NCBI GenBank assembly: GCA_004431415.1
Contig: QPMI01000036.1
Location: 496,001 to 560,000, forward strand
DNA length: 64,000 bases
Reading direction: 5' to 3'
Source: Cyanophora paradoxa CCMP329
Lineage: Eukaryota > Plantae > Glaucophyta
Within the stretch, counting starts at the first letter, position 1. Each line of letters starts with the position of its first letter. Shown piece after piece: positions 37,105 to 50,513 of this stretch. The translations under genes were made by a program, and so were the position numbers. The notes under the pieces were generated by a model, which saw nothing but the letters and a program-made list of their open reading frames with translations, was not told the origin of the DNA and did not search any database.

Positions 37105-38532
37105 TCGTTCCCTCCCGCGAGGGTTTTTCTCCCCAAGACTGGGGCCTTTTTTGCCAGTCTGGTTTCTTTTTCAATGGCCAGGTTCTCGTTGATAGTGATC
37201 AAGAGTTGTGTGCCTGGGTTTTCTTTGCTTTCCTTGCGTGTTGCGATTCTGATCGTGATGCTAGTGACAGATACAGTGTGGCCCGTTTAGTGAGCAGTAA
37301 CTTATGCAGTTTACTTATGTAGCAACTTCAGTATCGGGGCTTGATGTAGGATTTTTCCCGTCCGATGGTCGGCACTGTATAGGAGCCTTGACAGTCTATA
37401 TGATCAGCTGCCTTGACAATCACTCAATCACTTCAATTTTTCGAAAGGCTGGCCAGCGGCCTCTTCGCCTCATTTGCAAATGTGATTCGACCATCATCTG
37501 GCATATTGGCTTGCTTGTTTCAAACTCCATGATTTTGATCATGGCCCGTGGGCCTCCGCCGGGCCGAAGTGTGGAGTCGAAGCTTTTTCGTTCGACTCGG
37601 CAACTTTCGTTCGAATGATCTGCAGCTGTAACCCATATGCATATCTTAACTTGTACTTGAGCTTAGTCTAGTCGTGTTTGAAAACACGGATCTGAATCCA
37701 GTCATCATGCATATGGCATCGTATGATCAATTATCCTAACACTTAAGCTTCACCAAGTACTAGTCAAGGCTGTACTGGTCAGTACTGGTGGGCCGGTGCC
37801 GCAGTGCCCGCCCCTGGCCATGGGGCCCATATGCATATATATGCATGCGGCTCGCACTTAAGCATGCCGCAGTGCGCATATGGCACTCAGTGACTGCAGC
37901 ACCGTGGCACTGCAGCCCCTGGGATCATCATGCATGCGCAAATGGCACCATGGCACTGCGGCATGATCCGATGACCATGATCCCGAGTCCCATGGCCAGG
38001 ATCGATATCGGCTTAAATTTAAAAGCTTGGAACTTCGGAATCCCACTGGCCACGCCTTCAACAGCAGACCCCCGGGCCCGCTCCCCCGGCCCGGCGTCCC
38101 CGAGAACCGGTACTACGGTACGACGGTACCGGTATGTAGAGATTTCCACAGGTATGAATAGAATCGAAGTATCTAGATCTAAGCTAACAGCTATATGGTA
38201 GATCGGTTCATGTGAAGGTAAACAAGCAGCCGGACGACTAACGGCTGGCGGACTCGGGAACGAGACAACACTGTTTGCAAGCAGCCGAAACACTACGGCT
38301 AGCTATAGCCATCTGATCATACTCTGCAGTTGAAAACATGCAAAAGAAACACAAGCATATGCAGTTGAAACGCCATTGAGATCGCGGAAATTGAAAGGAA
38401 GACTGCGCTGTGTACGTGAAACGCTGTACACATGAAAGCCCGAGGCTCACAGAACATATAGAACTGCACATCGATATCTAGTGATTCAGTACCCGCCGGA
38501 GCTGAAGCTGCTGTACGCGAAAGAAACGAGAA

Positions 38533-41500
38533 CTACTGTGCGAAAAGACAAGTCTGCTGCTGCGAAAACTGATGTGAAGGGAGGGTTGGGGCGGGGGCCG
38601 GCCGCCTCACTCCGCCGAGGCGGCGGGCGCATTCGCAACCGACTCCGAGCGGGGCTGGAGGGGGCCCACGGCCGAGCGCGAGGCCGGGGCGGGACCGCCG
38701 CCCTTGGAGGAGGCCGCGGCGGGTGCGGCGGGTGCGGCCGGCCCGGCGTTCTCCTTGTCGAGCGAGGGTCCGAGCGGCTGTCGGCGGGGCGGCGGGCGCC
38801 CGCGCTTCGATGGCGCCGGCGCGGCGGCGGAGTCCCCGGCCTTGCGCTTCATGGGCACGTCCTTGAGCCCCTTGAGTGCACCGGTGACGGCGGCGTTGGT
38901 AGCGGCGCGCTTGTTGACGGTTGCAAGCCGTTCGTTGGCTTCGGCCTTGGCGATGGCGGCGGCGGAGTCCTGCTCGTTGGCTGCGGCGGCGGCGGCAGCG
39001 GCGGCGGCCTTGGCAGCAGCGGTGGCGGAGGCCCGCTCGGCGGCGGCGGCCGCAGCGGCGGCGGCGGCGCTCTGCTCGGAGGCGATGGCCTTGCCCTCCT
39101 CGTCCACGGCGGCGAGCCTCCCCGCCAGGGCCTCCCGCAGCGCGCCCACTTCCTCCTCCGCCTCGGCGACGCGGGCCTGCAGCAGCGCGGCCCTCTCCTG
39201 CGGGGCGGTCACGGGCCGTGGCGAGGGGGCCGGGCGCCGCCCCGCCCGCCCGCACCTTCTCGGCGGCGCCGGCCGCCTCGAGCTTGGCGAGCTCCTGCTT
39301 CTTGCTCTCGAGGGTGGAGCAGGCGGCGAGGATGACGGCCTCCAGCCCGAGGTCCGCCGCGGCACCGTCGCCGCCGACGCTGGCGGCCAGCTCCCCCATC
39401 AGGCCGCGCAGGCGCCCCATCAGGTGGTCGAAGCGAGCAACGCTGTCGCCCTGCGGGACCCGTGAGGCGCGCGTCAAGCCCGCGGCCTGCGCGCCGGCGG
39501 CAGCGCACCGCCGAGCTCGAGCTCGACGGGGCCGCGCCCGCGTCGCCGCCGGTCGCGCTTGCGCCGGGCTGCTGCTTCTCGATAAGCTCTGAGATCTACC
39601 GCGCGAGGCCGCGTGGGCGGAGGAAACGGCGGGCGGGGAGAGGCGGCGCGCGGCGCACCGCCAGGAGGTAGCTGATGGACTGCCGCTCGAGCTGGTCGAT
39701 GCGAGCGCTGGCGACCTGGTCGGACTGGACTTGCTGCTCCTGCGCGCCACGTCATGCGCGAAAAAGGCGCCGCGGCGGCTCCCGGGGCTCACCTCGAGCT
39801 CCTTGACGCGAGCGCTGAGGACCCCGATCTCCTCCTGCAGAGGCGGAGGCGTCGAACGCAACCTCGAAGGGCACGGGGCGGGCCGCGGCATACCCGCAGA
39901 GAGGCGGCAGCCTCGGCCTCGGCGGTCGCTCGCGCGAGCTGCTCCCCCACGTGAGCAAAGCACTAAAGGCTGCTGCGCGAGGCGCCTGGCCACGCACCTC
40001 GGCTTCGAGAGCGGTGAGCTTGGCTCCGAGAGGGCGTGTCAACGTCTGAAACGGTTCCGCCGCACGCGCGCCCCCGTACCGTGTGTGCCTGCTGCAGAGC
40101 CGAGACCTGCGGAGGGGAGCCGTCAGCAGCGTCCGGAGCCGGGCCGCCGGCGCGAGCGGGCGGACCTGGGCGACGAGAGCGGGGCGGCGCGGGCCGGCGC
40201 AAGCGTCCGTGGGCGGCGAGACGGCGGGGAGCCCGAGGCGCTGAATCTCTTCCATCTGTGCGCCGCGCGGGGCCGCGTGGGCGGGCGGAGGGGGCGCGGC
40301 GGCCCGCCGGCGGGGCGCGGCGGGGCGGCGCGCACGGTGACGCGGTGCGCGTCGAGCTCGCCGTCGGCGGTCGTGAGCTCGGCCTGAAGCCCGGCGATCT
40401 TCTCGTTGGCGGTTTTGAGCTCCTCCACCCCGGCCTCGAGCTGGGCGATGCGGGCATTGGACTCGGCGACACCGGCCACCTGGCCGTCACGCTCGCGCTT
40501 GAAGTCGTCGCGCTCGCGCTGCGGCGCCGTCAGACGCCCACGTGAGTGCAGAGCCGCGGCGGGGCGGGAACCGCACCTCGGCCTCCGCGAGGCGAGCGGC
40601 GAGGTCCCCCTTCTCCCTCTGCAAAAGTCGAGGCGTGAGAGGGCGCGGACGCGGTGGGGCGGACCGCAGACCTCGAGCTCGGCCACGCGGGCCGCCGGGG
40701 CGCCAGCTGCAGCGGCCGGCTGGGCGGAAGGGTGAGGCGCGAGAGAGCTAGCGCGGATCCGGAGAGGGCGGCGGCCTCACCCCCTCCGCCTCCGCCTCTG
40801 CGGGCTGGACCGACGCGGCGGGCGCGCTGGGTGCCGGCGACTGGGGTGCGGAGAGGGTCGCCGGGGCGCGGGGGCCGTTGTCCTCGGGCGTGCGCGGCTG
40901 GGGCGCGACGGGCGAAGCGGAGGAGCCACCGGAGGAGCCGGGGCCGCGGAAGGGGGTCCCGGGGAGGCCGCCCGCCGAGCTGCCCGCAGCCGCCGCAGCC
41001 CCGGCAGCCGCCTGTGCGCGGCATGATGCCGCGTGGGCGGCGGCCCGCTGCCCCGCGCGGCGGGGCGGCGCGCACGGTAACGCGGTACGCGACGAGGTCG
41101 GCCTTGGCGGTCTTGAGCTCGGCCTCGAGCTCGTTGATCTTGTCGTTGGCGGTTGTGAGCTGGGCCGACTTGATGCTTCCGATCTTAAGCGCGCGCTTGC
41201 GCTTGAGCTCGTCGCGCTCGCGCTGCGGCGCGGTCAGGCGCTCGCACGGGCGGGGGCGGGGGCCGCGGCGGGGCGGAAACCGCACCTCGACCTTCACGAG
41301 GCGATCGGCGAGGTCCACGTTCTCCTTCTGCAGAAGGCGGGGCGTCAGCCGGCGCGGAAGCGACGGGGCGGACCGCGGACCTCGAGCTGGGTCACGCGGG
41401 CCGACAGGGCGCCGGCTGCAGCGGCCGGCTGGGCGGAAGGGTGAGGCGCGAGAGCTAGCGCGGATCAGAGGAGGGTGGCGGCCGCACCACCTCCGCCTCC

Positions 41501-44420
41501 GCCTCCGCGGGCTGGACCGACGCGGCGGGCGCGCTGGATGCCGGCGACTGGGGTGCGGAGAGGGTCGCCGGGGCGCGGGGACCGTCGCCCTCGGAGGTGC
41601 GCGGCTGGGGCGCGGCGGGCGAAGCGGAGGAGCCGCCGGAGGAGCCGGCGCCCGAGCTGCCCGCAGCCGCCGCAGCCCCGGCAGCCGCCATGTTGTCCAC
41701 GGACGACGAGGCGGCGGGGAGCCCGGGCGGCGAGGCGGCGGGGAGCTCGAGGAGGCGAACGTTGTCGCGCTCGCGCTGCGGTGCCGTCAGGCGCGTGCGC
41801 AGCCGCGTACTCAAAGGGGCGGCGGCGAGGTCGGAAGCACACCTCGAACTCCGCGACGCGCTTGCAAAGGGTCCCCTTCTCGCTCTGAGGAAAGCGGGCG
41901 CTTGAGGCGTGGCCGCTGCGCGCGGGCCGGAGGCCGCGGCGGGGTGGGTACCGCACCTCGAGCTCCGCGACGCGCATGTCGAGCGCCACCTTCTCGCTCT
42001 GCGGGAGCGGGGGCGTCAGGCGCGGCCGCAGCGCAGCGCGGGCCGGGGCTCGTGGCAGAGCCGGGCGTACCTGGAACTGAGCCTGGCGCTCGCGCAAGGT
42101 CCCGCAAACCTCCTGCGGAAACCGTGGAGTCAGGCGCGGCCGCTATCGCGCAGAGGAGAGCGCCGCCGCGGGGCACACATGGAGCTCCGCCAGCTGCTTG
42201 TCGCGGATCCGGATGACTTCCTGCGGGAGCGGCCGGGGGTGAGGTTCGACCGTGAAGCCGCGACCGGCGGCGCAGCGGACCTTGGGGTCGGGAAGCCGGC
42301 CGGCGCCGGGACGGGCGGAGCCGGTTGAGCTGGAGCTTGGATAGACTTGCAGGGCTTGGACCGCGGCCTGATATCGAGGTCTCAAGCTGGCGATACTGAG
42401 GGGGCGGCAAGACACGAACCGCCACAGGAGGGTGGCCTCCGATCGCTGTGGCTATGGGAGGCGAGCTGGCCGCGGGCACGACAGTGCTGGGCAGCTGCAA
42501 GGCGTGCTGCTGCGCCAGGGCGTGCTGCCCCGCCGGGGACCCAGCCTGCCTCTGATGTCAACGTCTGGATTCAGCACACTCTAAGCGGCGCACCGGTTTG
42601 CCAGTGCAATACACGGAGACGATTCGCCTCACGTCAAGGGCGCAAATCACATTGAAGCTCTGCAAGGAGTGAGGAAGTAGAGGGCACGGAGGCGTGACCG
42701 TCGGACTTACAAGGGAAGCTGTCAGGCACTCGACTGGGGCGCAGTTGCTGCGGTCGATCGTGTGAATCGAGTTTCCGACTCCCGCAAAGTTTGTATCCCT
42801 GAGACGCCTGTGCACGGGCATGAAGCGTACTGACGACTCGCCCCCGAACGTGAAAATGAGGCCGCCACCTCGCTGAAGGAAAGGATCAAGGAGTTCGCGA
42901 GAAATGAAAAATGAAATAGGAGGCTTACCGGGGGGAGATACAGGGACGTGATGTTCTTTCCGGGCCCTTTCAAGTTGGCGGCTGTGAGGATGTGAGTCTC
43001 CGGTTTCGTGCGTGCCACTCCCTTCTCCGAGTAGTAAAGCTTGAGCCGGCGGTCTGCCAGCGCGATGGCGACAAGGGCGTCACTCTGGAGGAGAGTCAGA
43101 GTGTGGGTGGTATGGGGATCATGGTCATCGCTTGGGAAGGTGAACTCGCGATTGCGAAATCGTTGACCGAGACGCCCTGACAGACGACTTCTTTCTTGTC
43201 TTCGTCCACGAGCACAACTGTGTCCTCAGACTCGTAGGCGAAGCGATAGTGTCCCTAAACAATTGACTTGAACATCAATGATGAAACAGATGAAGGAAAC
43301 AAGAAAGAAAGAAAAAAAGAACCTTCTCGCCTCCGGAGCCCTGCATCATGACGAGCTTCTTGGCATTCAGAGCGTCGGATGCGAATTCGGAGGGCAACGT
43401 CGACAGTTGCCGTACGTCCTCGTGAACAGCCTTGGGCTCAATGCGGTACTTGTTCTCTTTTTTATCTAACTTGATTATGAGGGAGAATTCATGGCCGCTG
43501 CCGGTCCAGATTCTGACTTCGTTGTGGTCGATGGACCTGCATGCATGGCATGATCATATGGGCAAGCGAGAACCACGTCTCGCGGCGCCTGGGCAAACCA
43601 AAGCGTCTTGATGTTGACGAACTCGCGAGAGAGCTCATAAGTGGTCATTATCATGGCCATGGCGCCTTCAAAGGGAACGAAGTAGACGGTGTTTTCTGTC
43701 CAACAGACAAAGTAATGCATTTTCTGCCCGGAGGTCGTCAAGAAGCAAGAACCGTTCTAAGCAAAACCCGTATACGTAGCGTACATTCGTGAAGCACGTG
43801 CCCCGCACATCTCCACGAATCGGCAGACACTGTTCGAAATCAGCAGGCGCACCGCCGTCGTGGCAATTCCAGGTCTCAGCGGTCCCAGTCTGAGGAAGGC
43901 TAGCATGATTCCACATCACTGTCAGCCGCCGAGAGGCGTGGACGAAGCCGCCTGCAGAACAACAACAGATCAAATCAGCACGAAAAAGGCAGCATTGACC
44001 TCTTGGAGCGACGAAAGTTAAAGGAGATGCTCCGGAGTGCGTGTGGCACGCACAGACGCGCAGAGCAGCGCTCTTGCGATCAAAAACGTCTTCGAAGATC
44101 TGCGGTGCTTCAAAGACCAAGAACTGCGCGACTATTCGCAATAAAAATAACGACGGAGGCCGTTCTTCTCGCGTACGCACCGTCGCTTCGATTCCGCGCT
44201 TCCCAGAGTCTCCTCGAGCGCGTTCCTCACACCCGCTTCCTCGAGCGCGAGCGCAGGCACTGCGAATCCGGCGATCGCCTGCTTCCTCCGGCAGCTGCAG
44301 GCACTGCGACTCCGCTGGTCGCCTGCTTGTGCCGCCGATCAGCCGGTCGAAGTCTACCCCTGGGTGCAGCGGGGGGGGGGGGGGTGAGCGCTGGTAGGCG
44401 CGAGCGCCCGGATCGTACAT
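38533..44420 (-). CDS. Multi-exon protein: beta-propeller-like N-terminus, Pro-rich linker, long modular coiled coil
   Basis: Contiguous GT-AG-linked exons from MYDPGAR... through beta-rich exons (VAIALADRRLKLYY, NITSLYLP, LIFTFGGESSVRFM, VICALDVRRIVSVY) into heptad exons (RVAELE repeats). The single-gene model is inferred. Confidence 0.55.
40310..41700. repeat. Intragenic tandem duplication with a ~710-bp period covering both exons and introns
   Basis: 40658-41010 is nearly identical to 41368-41690, and 40315-40620 resembles 41056-41335. Confidence 0.85.
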
Positions 44421-45371
44421 TCGCTGGTAGACGCCGCGGATGCGGCGGATCGGAGCGCTGCGGATGTGCGCCGTGCCGCGCCGCGCTGCGATGGCGGCAC
44501 TGAACGGCGTCGTGGCAACAAGCACTTTCGGCGAACCAGGTATGTGAAGCTTCCGATCTTGCAATTGCAGGCGTTTTAATTGACGATTAATATTGACGAG
44601 CGGTGCACGTGCGCGCGCTGGGAAGGGGTCTCTGGGAAGGGGTTCGACTCGGTCCAGTGAACCAGGTATATACGTAGCTTGCCATGCGCTGATGCTGATG
44701 CTAGCGCGCGCAGCTTCGATCGAGTTGAGTGGAATCCGATTCTGGTGTGCAAGCGCTTTTTTCCATTAGTGCAATGGTTAGCCATACTATGCTATATGTT
44801 AGAAGCAATGGTGTTCAGGGTTTACGGGGAGGGGGTTTAGGGACCTTCACCGACTCTGTCCAGTGAAATGCACATCATGGCATAGCATGCGATCGCGATG
44901 CACGCACTTGATTGGCAGTGATGCTGATACTGATAGCTGATTCTTAGATGCAGCACGATCATGAGTCCAATTTTCATTAAATAAATATTCGTATACATAT
45001 CATCATGGCATATGCATGTGCTATAGGATCTCTGATATATGTGAGAGGCTGCAGCTGTGCATGCGCATGGGATCCGGAGGGCCCGGGGGGATATGGGCCG
45101 CCGAGCCGATCTGATGTACACTGTGACATGTACATGTTCGAATTCATTCAGAGCTCGATCGCGATCGCGAGCTCGAGATGCCATGATCATGACCCATAAA
45201 TAAATGATCCCCATATGCATCCCATCCTCCGGCCGCGGCGCCCACTGGGCCAGTCACTGAGTGCTCATCAGTTGAACACGAATAGTCACTGAGTTCCAAT
45301 TGCAATAAAAATCATGTCACTCCAAAATTAAATGTCACGACAGGTCAATGTCACGACAGGTTCTGATCATG

Positions 45372-46510
45372 AGGCTCCAAAAAAGGACTAAAATGAAAAC
45401 CGGCCTGTTCGAGCCACCCTCCAAAGAAGGGACCCCCAGCGGCCGAAAAGCTTCATAAAAATTATTATGCATGCATGCTGTGGGCAAAGTATGCTCGTCA
45501 GCTCCTGCCGGGCGAGACAAGCCCGGAGGGCGGCCTTCACACGTGGAAATCTGACTTGCACTGCATGCGTGCAGGCTGTGGGCATGCGGGAAACCGGCCT
45601 GTTCGAGCCACCCTCAAAAGAAGGGACCCCCAGCGGCCGAGAACATGCATGCATGCTGTGGGCAAAGTATGCTCGTCAGCTCCTGCCGCGCAAGGCCAGC
45701 CGGGAAGGCGGCCTCACGTGCGGAAATCTGACTTGCACTGCATGCGTGCAGGCTGTGGGCATGCGGGAAACCGGCCTGTTCGAGTCACCCTCAAAAGAAG
45801 GGACCCCCAGCGGCCGAGAACATGCATGCATGCTGTGGGCAAAGTATGCTCGTCAGCTCCTGCCGCGCAAGGCCAGCCGAGAAGGCGGCCTCACGTGCGG
45901 AAATCTGACTTGCACTGCATGCGTGCAGGCTGTGGGCATGCGGGAAACCGGCCTGTTCGAGCCACCCTCCAAAGAAGGGACCCCCAGCGGCCGAAAAGCT
46001 TCAATTAAAATTATGATAGGCTCCAAGGCTCCAAAAAAAGACTGAAATGAAAATCGGCCTGTTCGAGCCACCCTCCAAAGAAGGGACCCCCAGCGGCCGA
46101 AAAGCTTCAATTAAAATTATGATAGGCTCCAAGGCTCCAAAAAAAGACTGAAATGAAAATCGGCCTGTTCGAGCCACCCTCCAAAGAAGGGACCCCCAGC
46201 GGCCGAAAAGCTTCAATTAAAATTATGATAGGCTCCAAGGCTCCAAAAAAAGACTGAAATGAAAATCGGCCTGTTCGAGCCACCCTCCAAAGAAGGGACC
46301 CCCAGCGGCCGAAAAGCTTCAATTAAAATTATGATAGGCTCCAAGGCTCCAAAAAAAGACTGAAATGAAAATCGGCCTGTTCGAGCCACCCTCCAAAGAA
46401 GGGACCCCCAGCGGCCGAAAAGCTTCAATGATGGGCGCCCCAAAGAAAGTTGAAAATGAAAACCGGCCTGTTCGAGCCACACTTCGAAAAGGGGGCGCCC
46501 AGCGGCCGAA
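45372..46510. repeat. Composite tandem array: nine copies of a ~55-bp core in 177-bp and 106-bp units
   Basis: Core AAAYCGGCCTGTTCGAGCCACCCTCCAAAGAAGGGACCCCCAGCGGCCGA starts at 45397, 45591, 45768, 45945, 46051, 46157, 46263, 46369 and 46460 (degenerate). Confidence 0.95.
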
Positions 46511-46725
46511 CACACCTCGTCCTCATCCCCGTCCTGGAAGGCACTTCAGGCAGAGCGGCAAGGCGGCGGGACGGCGAGGCGGACAACAGGAGGAGAGAAA
46601 GCGCCGTACCTCAGAGACGCAGCCATCCTCGTCCTCTCCAAGGATTGTGATCTGTGCTCGAAAACCGTGAAGTAGTCACACGCGCGCGCGCAAGTGGGGG
46701 CTTCCTGGTTCCCGGGGGAGCAGCT

Positions 46726-47968
46726 TCACCCGCCCCGCGCCATCATCAGGGCCGCGGCGATGCACGCGAGCTGCTCCGCCAGCTTGCCCCCGCCGAAGAC
46801 GAAGCCCCTCGCCTCGGCCGCCTCCCGCGAGGCCGGCTTCGGGAGCTTCTTGGGGCTCGTCCGGCGCCAGGACAGAGGCGCGTTGCTCTGTCCCGGGGAC
46901 ATCAGGCCGTAGAGGACGATCTTCTCCTCCTCCGCCGCCACCGGAGCCGGAGCCGCCGCAGTCGCCGCCTCCTCCACAGACGACGCTTCCGCCGGAGCCG
47001 CTGACGTCTCCTCCGCCACGACAGGAGCAGGAGCCGGGGTCGCCGCCTCCTCCGCCGAGACAGACGCCGGAGCCCGAGACGAGACCACCGAGGTCTTCTC
47101 GCAGGTCTTCTCGAACGCCGTCCTCAAGCTGGCGACGCGCGTCATTGCCGTCTTCTCCCCATTCTTCTCCTCCGTGACGGCGACGACAACGGCAACGGCG
47201 GGCTCCGCCTCGGCGTCCTTGGTCTGCCACATCACGGTCTTCTCGGCCGCCGACATGGTCCCGAGGGCCTGCGGGAGCGAACGGGCACGGATCAGCGGCT
47301 ACGCAAAGGAAGGAGCGCGCGTGCGCGAGGCCACGAACCTTCACGTCGGTGGTGCGGAAGGGGCAGACCTCGAACGCAGTCTCGGTGGCAGTCGCCTCGC
47401 TCGCCGGCGTAGACAAAGCCGTGTAGAACGAGTCGTTGGAGCGCGCCGCGTGGAACGGAGCCAGCTCCGTCGCCCGGTACAGGTCGTCGAGGTCAACCGA
47501 AGGAGTGAAGTGCGTCGGGGTCTCCTCCGAGCAGTCCGAGCACATGTCCTCCTGAGAGGAAGCCCGCGTCAGCGCGGAGCGCGCGGGCGCCAGCGAGGCG
47601 CGGCGCGGCGCAGCGGCGCAACGGACCTCGTACGCCGTCTCTGCATCCTCGAAGCTCTCCGCGCCCTCAAAGCTCTCGGACGAATCCTGCGAACGAGGCG
47701 GCAGGCCGGCGTCAGCGCATACAGAGGGGAAAGAGAAACGACGAAAGCAAACCTGGCTCTCGAGGGTGGGGACAGAGGATGCGGAGTCTTCAAGAGACGG
47801 CACCTCGACGACGGGCTTGCGCGCCTCCTCCGACGAGACGACGGCGACGGCTACGATCGACGAGGCCTTCGACAGGGCGATCGGCCGGCGGGGCATCGGC
47901 AGCGGCGCCGCGCTGGCGGCAGCGGCGCGCTGGACCCAAAGCTGAAGCACATTCTGGAACGACGACAT
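46726..47968 (-). CDS. Acidic Ser/Ala/Glu-rich hypothetical protein
   Basis: MSSFQNVLQLW... with clean phase-0 GT-AG introns and GC-biased codons. The C-terminus is uncertain and may extend to ~46510. Confidence 0.6.
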
Positions 47969-48270
47969 GTTGCAGGGTGTCTGGAGCAGGTGGTAGCTGT
48001 AAGATCGCTTTCGTAACTCGGTAAAGAGTGAGGCTCGTGCGGGCTGCAGCTGCTGTGCTGGGGCGCTCCAAGCTCGAAGGAGCCGCGGGCTATTTCTGGC
48101 GCATACGTCATGTCGATTTCGCTTAGCGCTCGCGCGCGAGCGCAAACGAGAGCCGATCGTTACGAGTGAAGGGGCCTCCGCATGCTAGCCTTTTTTTTTG
48201 CGGTTGGTGCGTACCCCCCAACTTCCTCTTCCCCACTAAAAAAAGACACTCTTCCCCCCCACTCGGCCCC

Positions 48271-50513
48271 AAGCCGCACACGCTCGAGCTCAGCCCTGTT
48301 TCGAGCCGTCGGAAGAGCGCCGCTGGAATCGGTCTAGACAAGGCTGCGAGTTCCCCGCAGCGCCTGGCTCGGGATCAGGCAGCCCAGGGAACTTGCCTTC
48401 CACGTTCCAAACATGGCGCTCACGGGGGACATGCAAGGCGGCCTCGAGAAGCAGCTCGTCGAAGCGCTCGCCCGCGCCGAGTCCGCGAACCCGGCCGCGC
48501 TGGTGCGACGTCGGCAGGCGAACGCGCACCCTGCGCGGCCGGATCGCGCGTGCTTCTAATCGGTCGCGGTTGCGCTACGCTCGCGCAGGTGGATGCTTCG
48601 GGGAGCCGCCTGTCGCCGGCGGCGCTGGCTCGCGCGCTGAAGATCCCCGCCCTCGTCGAGCTCGCCGTCTTCGTTGCGGACGGGCGGGTGCGCGCTAAGG
48701 CGGGAAGAGCTCACGCTGGCCACGCCTAAGGGCTGGCCACGCTGGTGCGCTGCGGTTGCGCGAGCTAAGGCCGCCTCCGCCGCCGACTCCTGGCCCAGGC
48801 GTGGGACGTGGCCGAGCCTTTCGAGCCGGTGTGGTACATGAGGAAGAGCCCGCACGACGCGGCGTACGCGATGGAATACGAGGACGAGGAGGAGATGCAG
48901 TCGGACGCTTTCTTCCGCGAAGTGAACGCGCTGCTAAACGGAGGTGCGCCCCGGCCGCGGCGGGCCCCGGAATTCGAATTCGTGCGCGGCGCCCGCCGAC
49001 CGCCCACGGCCGCAGGCGCCCTCGGAGCCGTGGCGGACGTGGTGGAGAAGGAGGAGGCGCCGGCGGAGGTCCGGAGCATGGCGGGCGCGTGCCTCGCCCG
49101 CATCGCGGCCTCGCGCGCGCCCGGACTGCTCTCCCGCCTCCTCGCCGGCCGCCAGCTCTTCGCGCCCCTGCTCCGCCTGCTGGACCACCTCTTCCGCGAC
49201 CGGCCGGGGCGGCCCGCCGGCGCCGGCAAGATGGGGGTACGCCGCGCCGCCCTCCTGGTCGCGCCGCGCGCTCGAGCCTCGGGCTTCGTGCGCAGCGGCA
49301 CCTCGCTGAGCTCATGGAGGCCGTGGTGCTCTACGGGGAGGACGGGCAGGCGCTTTCCGATCCAATTCGATCAATTTGCAATTCGATCTGATTGTGACGG
49401 CCGCCCGCCGCCGCATGCAGGCCGAGCGAGCGACCGCCGAGCCCGCAGCGCTGGCCCCTTCGTCTCCGCCCTCCGCTGCTTCTGCACGGACCCAGTGTGA
49501 GCGCGTAACTTTATGTACCCGTGCGTTGGTTGACGCTGACCCGCCGGCCCAGCGCCGACGTCGTGTACCCCGGCCCTTCCCTCCCGAACACGAGCGGCGT
49601 GCGCGCGTCGCGAATCCTGTAACCCCCTCCTTTTCGATGCCTGTACCCAGTGCGGTTGGCGGCGAGCCTGGCGAAGCTCTCGGAGCTCTTCCTGTGGGCG
49701 ACTCCAACGGGTGGGGGGTACGCGCCCTCCCGCCCCGTACCCCTGACGGGAACCGACCCGTACCCCAGGGGAGCTGCCGACCGAGGAAGGCGTAGCCAGG
49801 CAGGCGAGGGCCCTCGAGGCGTCCGGCGCCCTGCAGGCCATGGGCGGTGCGCGTGCCCCTCTCCGACGGCTTTGTACCCCCTGAAGCGAAGCTGTACCCC
49901 CAGAGGTCGTGGTGGAGATCGCCAAATCGATCCCGCGTATCGCGGAGCGCGTGAGCTACCCCCCGCCCTGCCCTTCTCCGCCCCGCCTCGCCCCCCTCCC
50001 TCCGCCGACCCGAGGGGGTACAGGACATTCACTACGCTTCTCGGGCCCTCTCCGACCTGCTGAAGACCCTGGAGAAGGCTCTCGTCCGCTGCGGGAGCCC
50101 CGCCGCCGTGCGCGCGCGCTGCTGGAACTAGCGAAGACCCTTTCGTCCACTCTCTGAACATGAGCGGCCGCTCGCGTGCAGGCGCGGCGCGCCGCGGACT
50201 AGTGCGCGTCGGCCCTCGCCGCCGCCGAGCGGCACGACCGGCACAACGCGCGCCTCGCCCTCTCAAACCTCCGCCGCTCGCGATCGCTCGCGCCGCCCTC
50301 TGACTCGGGCCGGGCCCACGCAGGCCTTCGGCGGGCTGCGCAACTACAAGAAGACGTTCGACGGCATGGTCGAGGAGCTCCGGCCCTGGCCCGCGGCGCC
50401 GGCCGCCACTCCGTCCCAGCCGCCCGCAGCGAACGGCCTGGCACCAAGGGCCCCCACGGCCGCCCAGGGCGCTGGTGGCTGCCGGTCCGGCCTTGTCCGT
50501 GGATTCTTCAACA
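48271..50513 (+). repeat. Copy 1 of a ~2.3-kb direct segmental duplication
   Basis: Matches 54408-56678 from AAGCCGCACACGCTCGAG to TTCTTCAACA. Confidence 0.95.
48413..50513 (+). pseudogene. Degraded paralogue of the 54550-56683 gene
   Basis: Relative to copy 2 it has deletions near 48497 and 50440, a diverged block at 48697-48790, and GAC-CAC changed to GAC-TAG (stop at 50200-50202). Confidence 0.6.

Noticed and set aside
37130-37165. Hairpin AGACTGG...CCAGTCT with a T-run
   Set aside because: A short stem in a 3' region that is expected by chance; not a supportable terminator or ncRNA.
44815-44845. Telomere-like TTCAGGG/TTTAGGG motifs
   Set aside because: Only one perfect unit is present, too short to call an interstitial telomere.
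45467-46045. ORF of 59-aa Cys-containing repeats
   Set aside because: It is open because the 177-bp unit is a multiple of three. A second frame is equally open and a frameshift separates the first unit, so there is no coding evidence.
45397-46510. CRISPR-like array
   Set aside because: The linkers are identical within blocks rather than unique spacers, the units are too long, there are no cas genes, and the context is eukaryotic.
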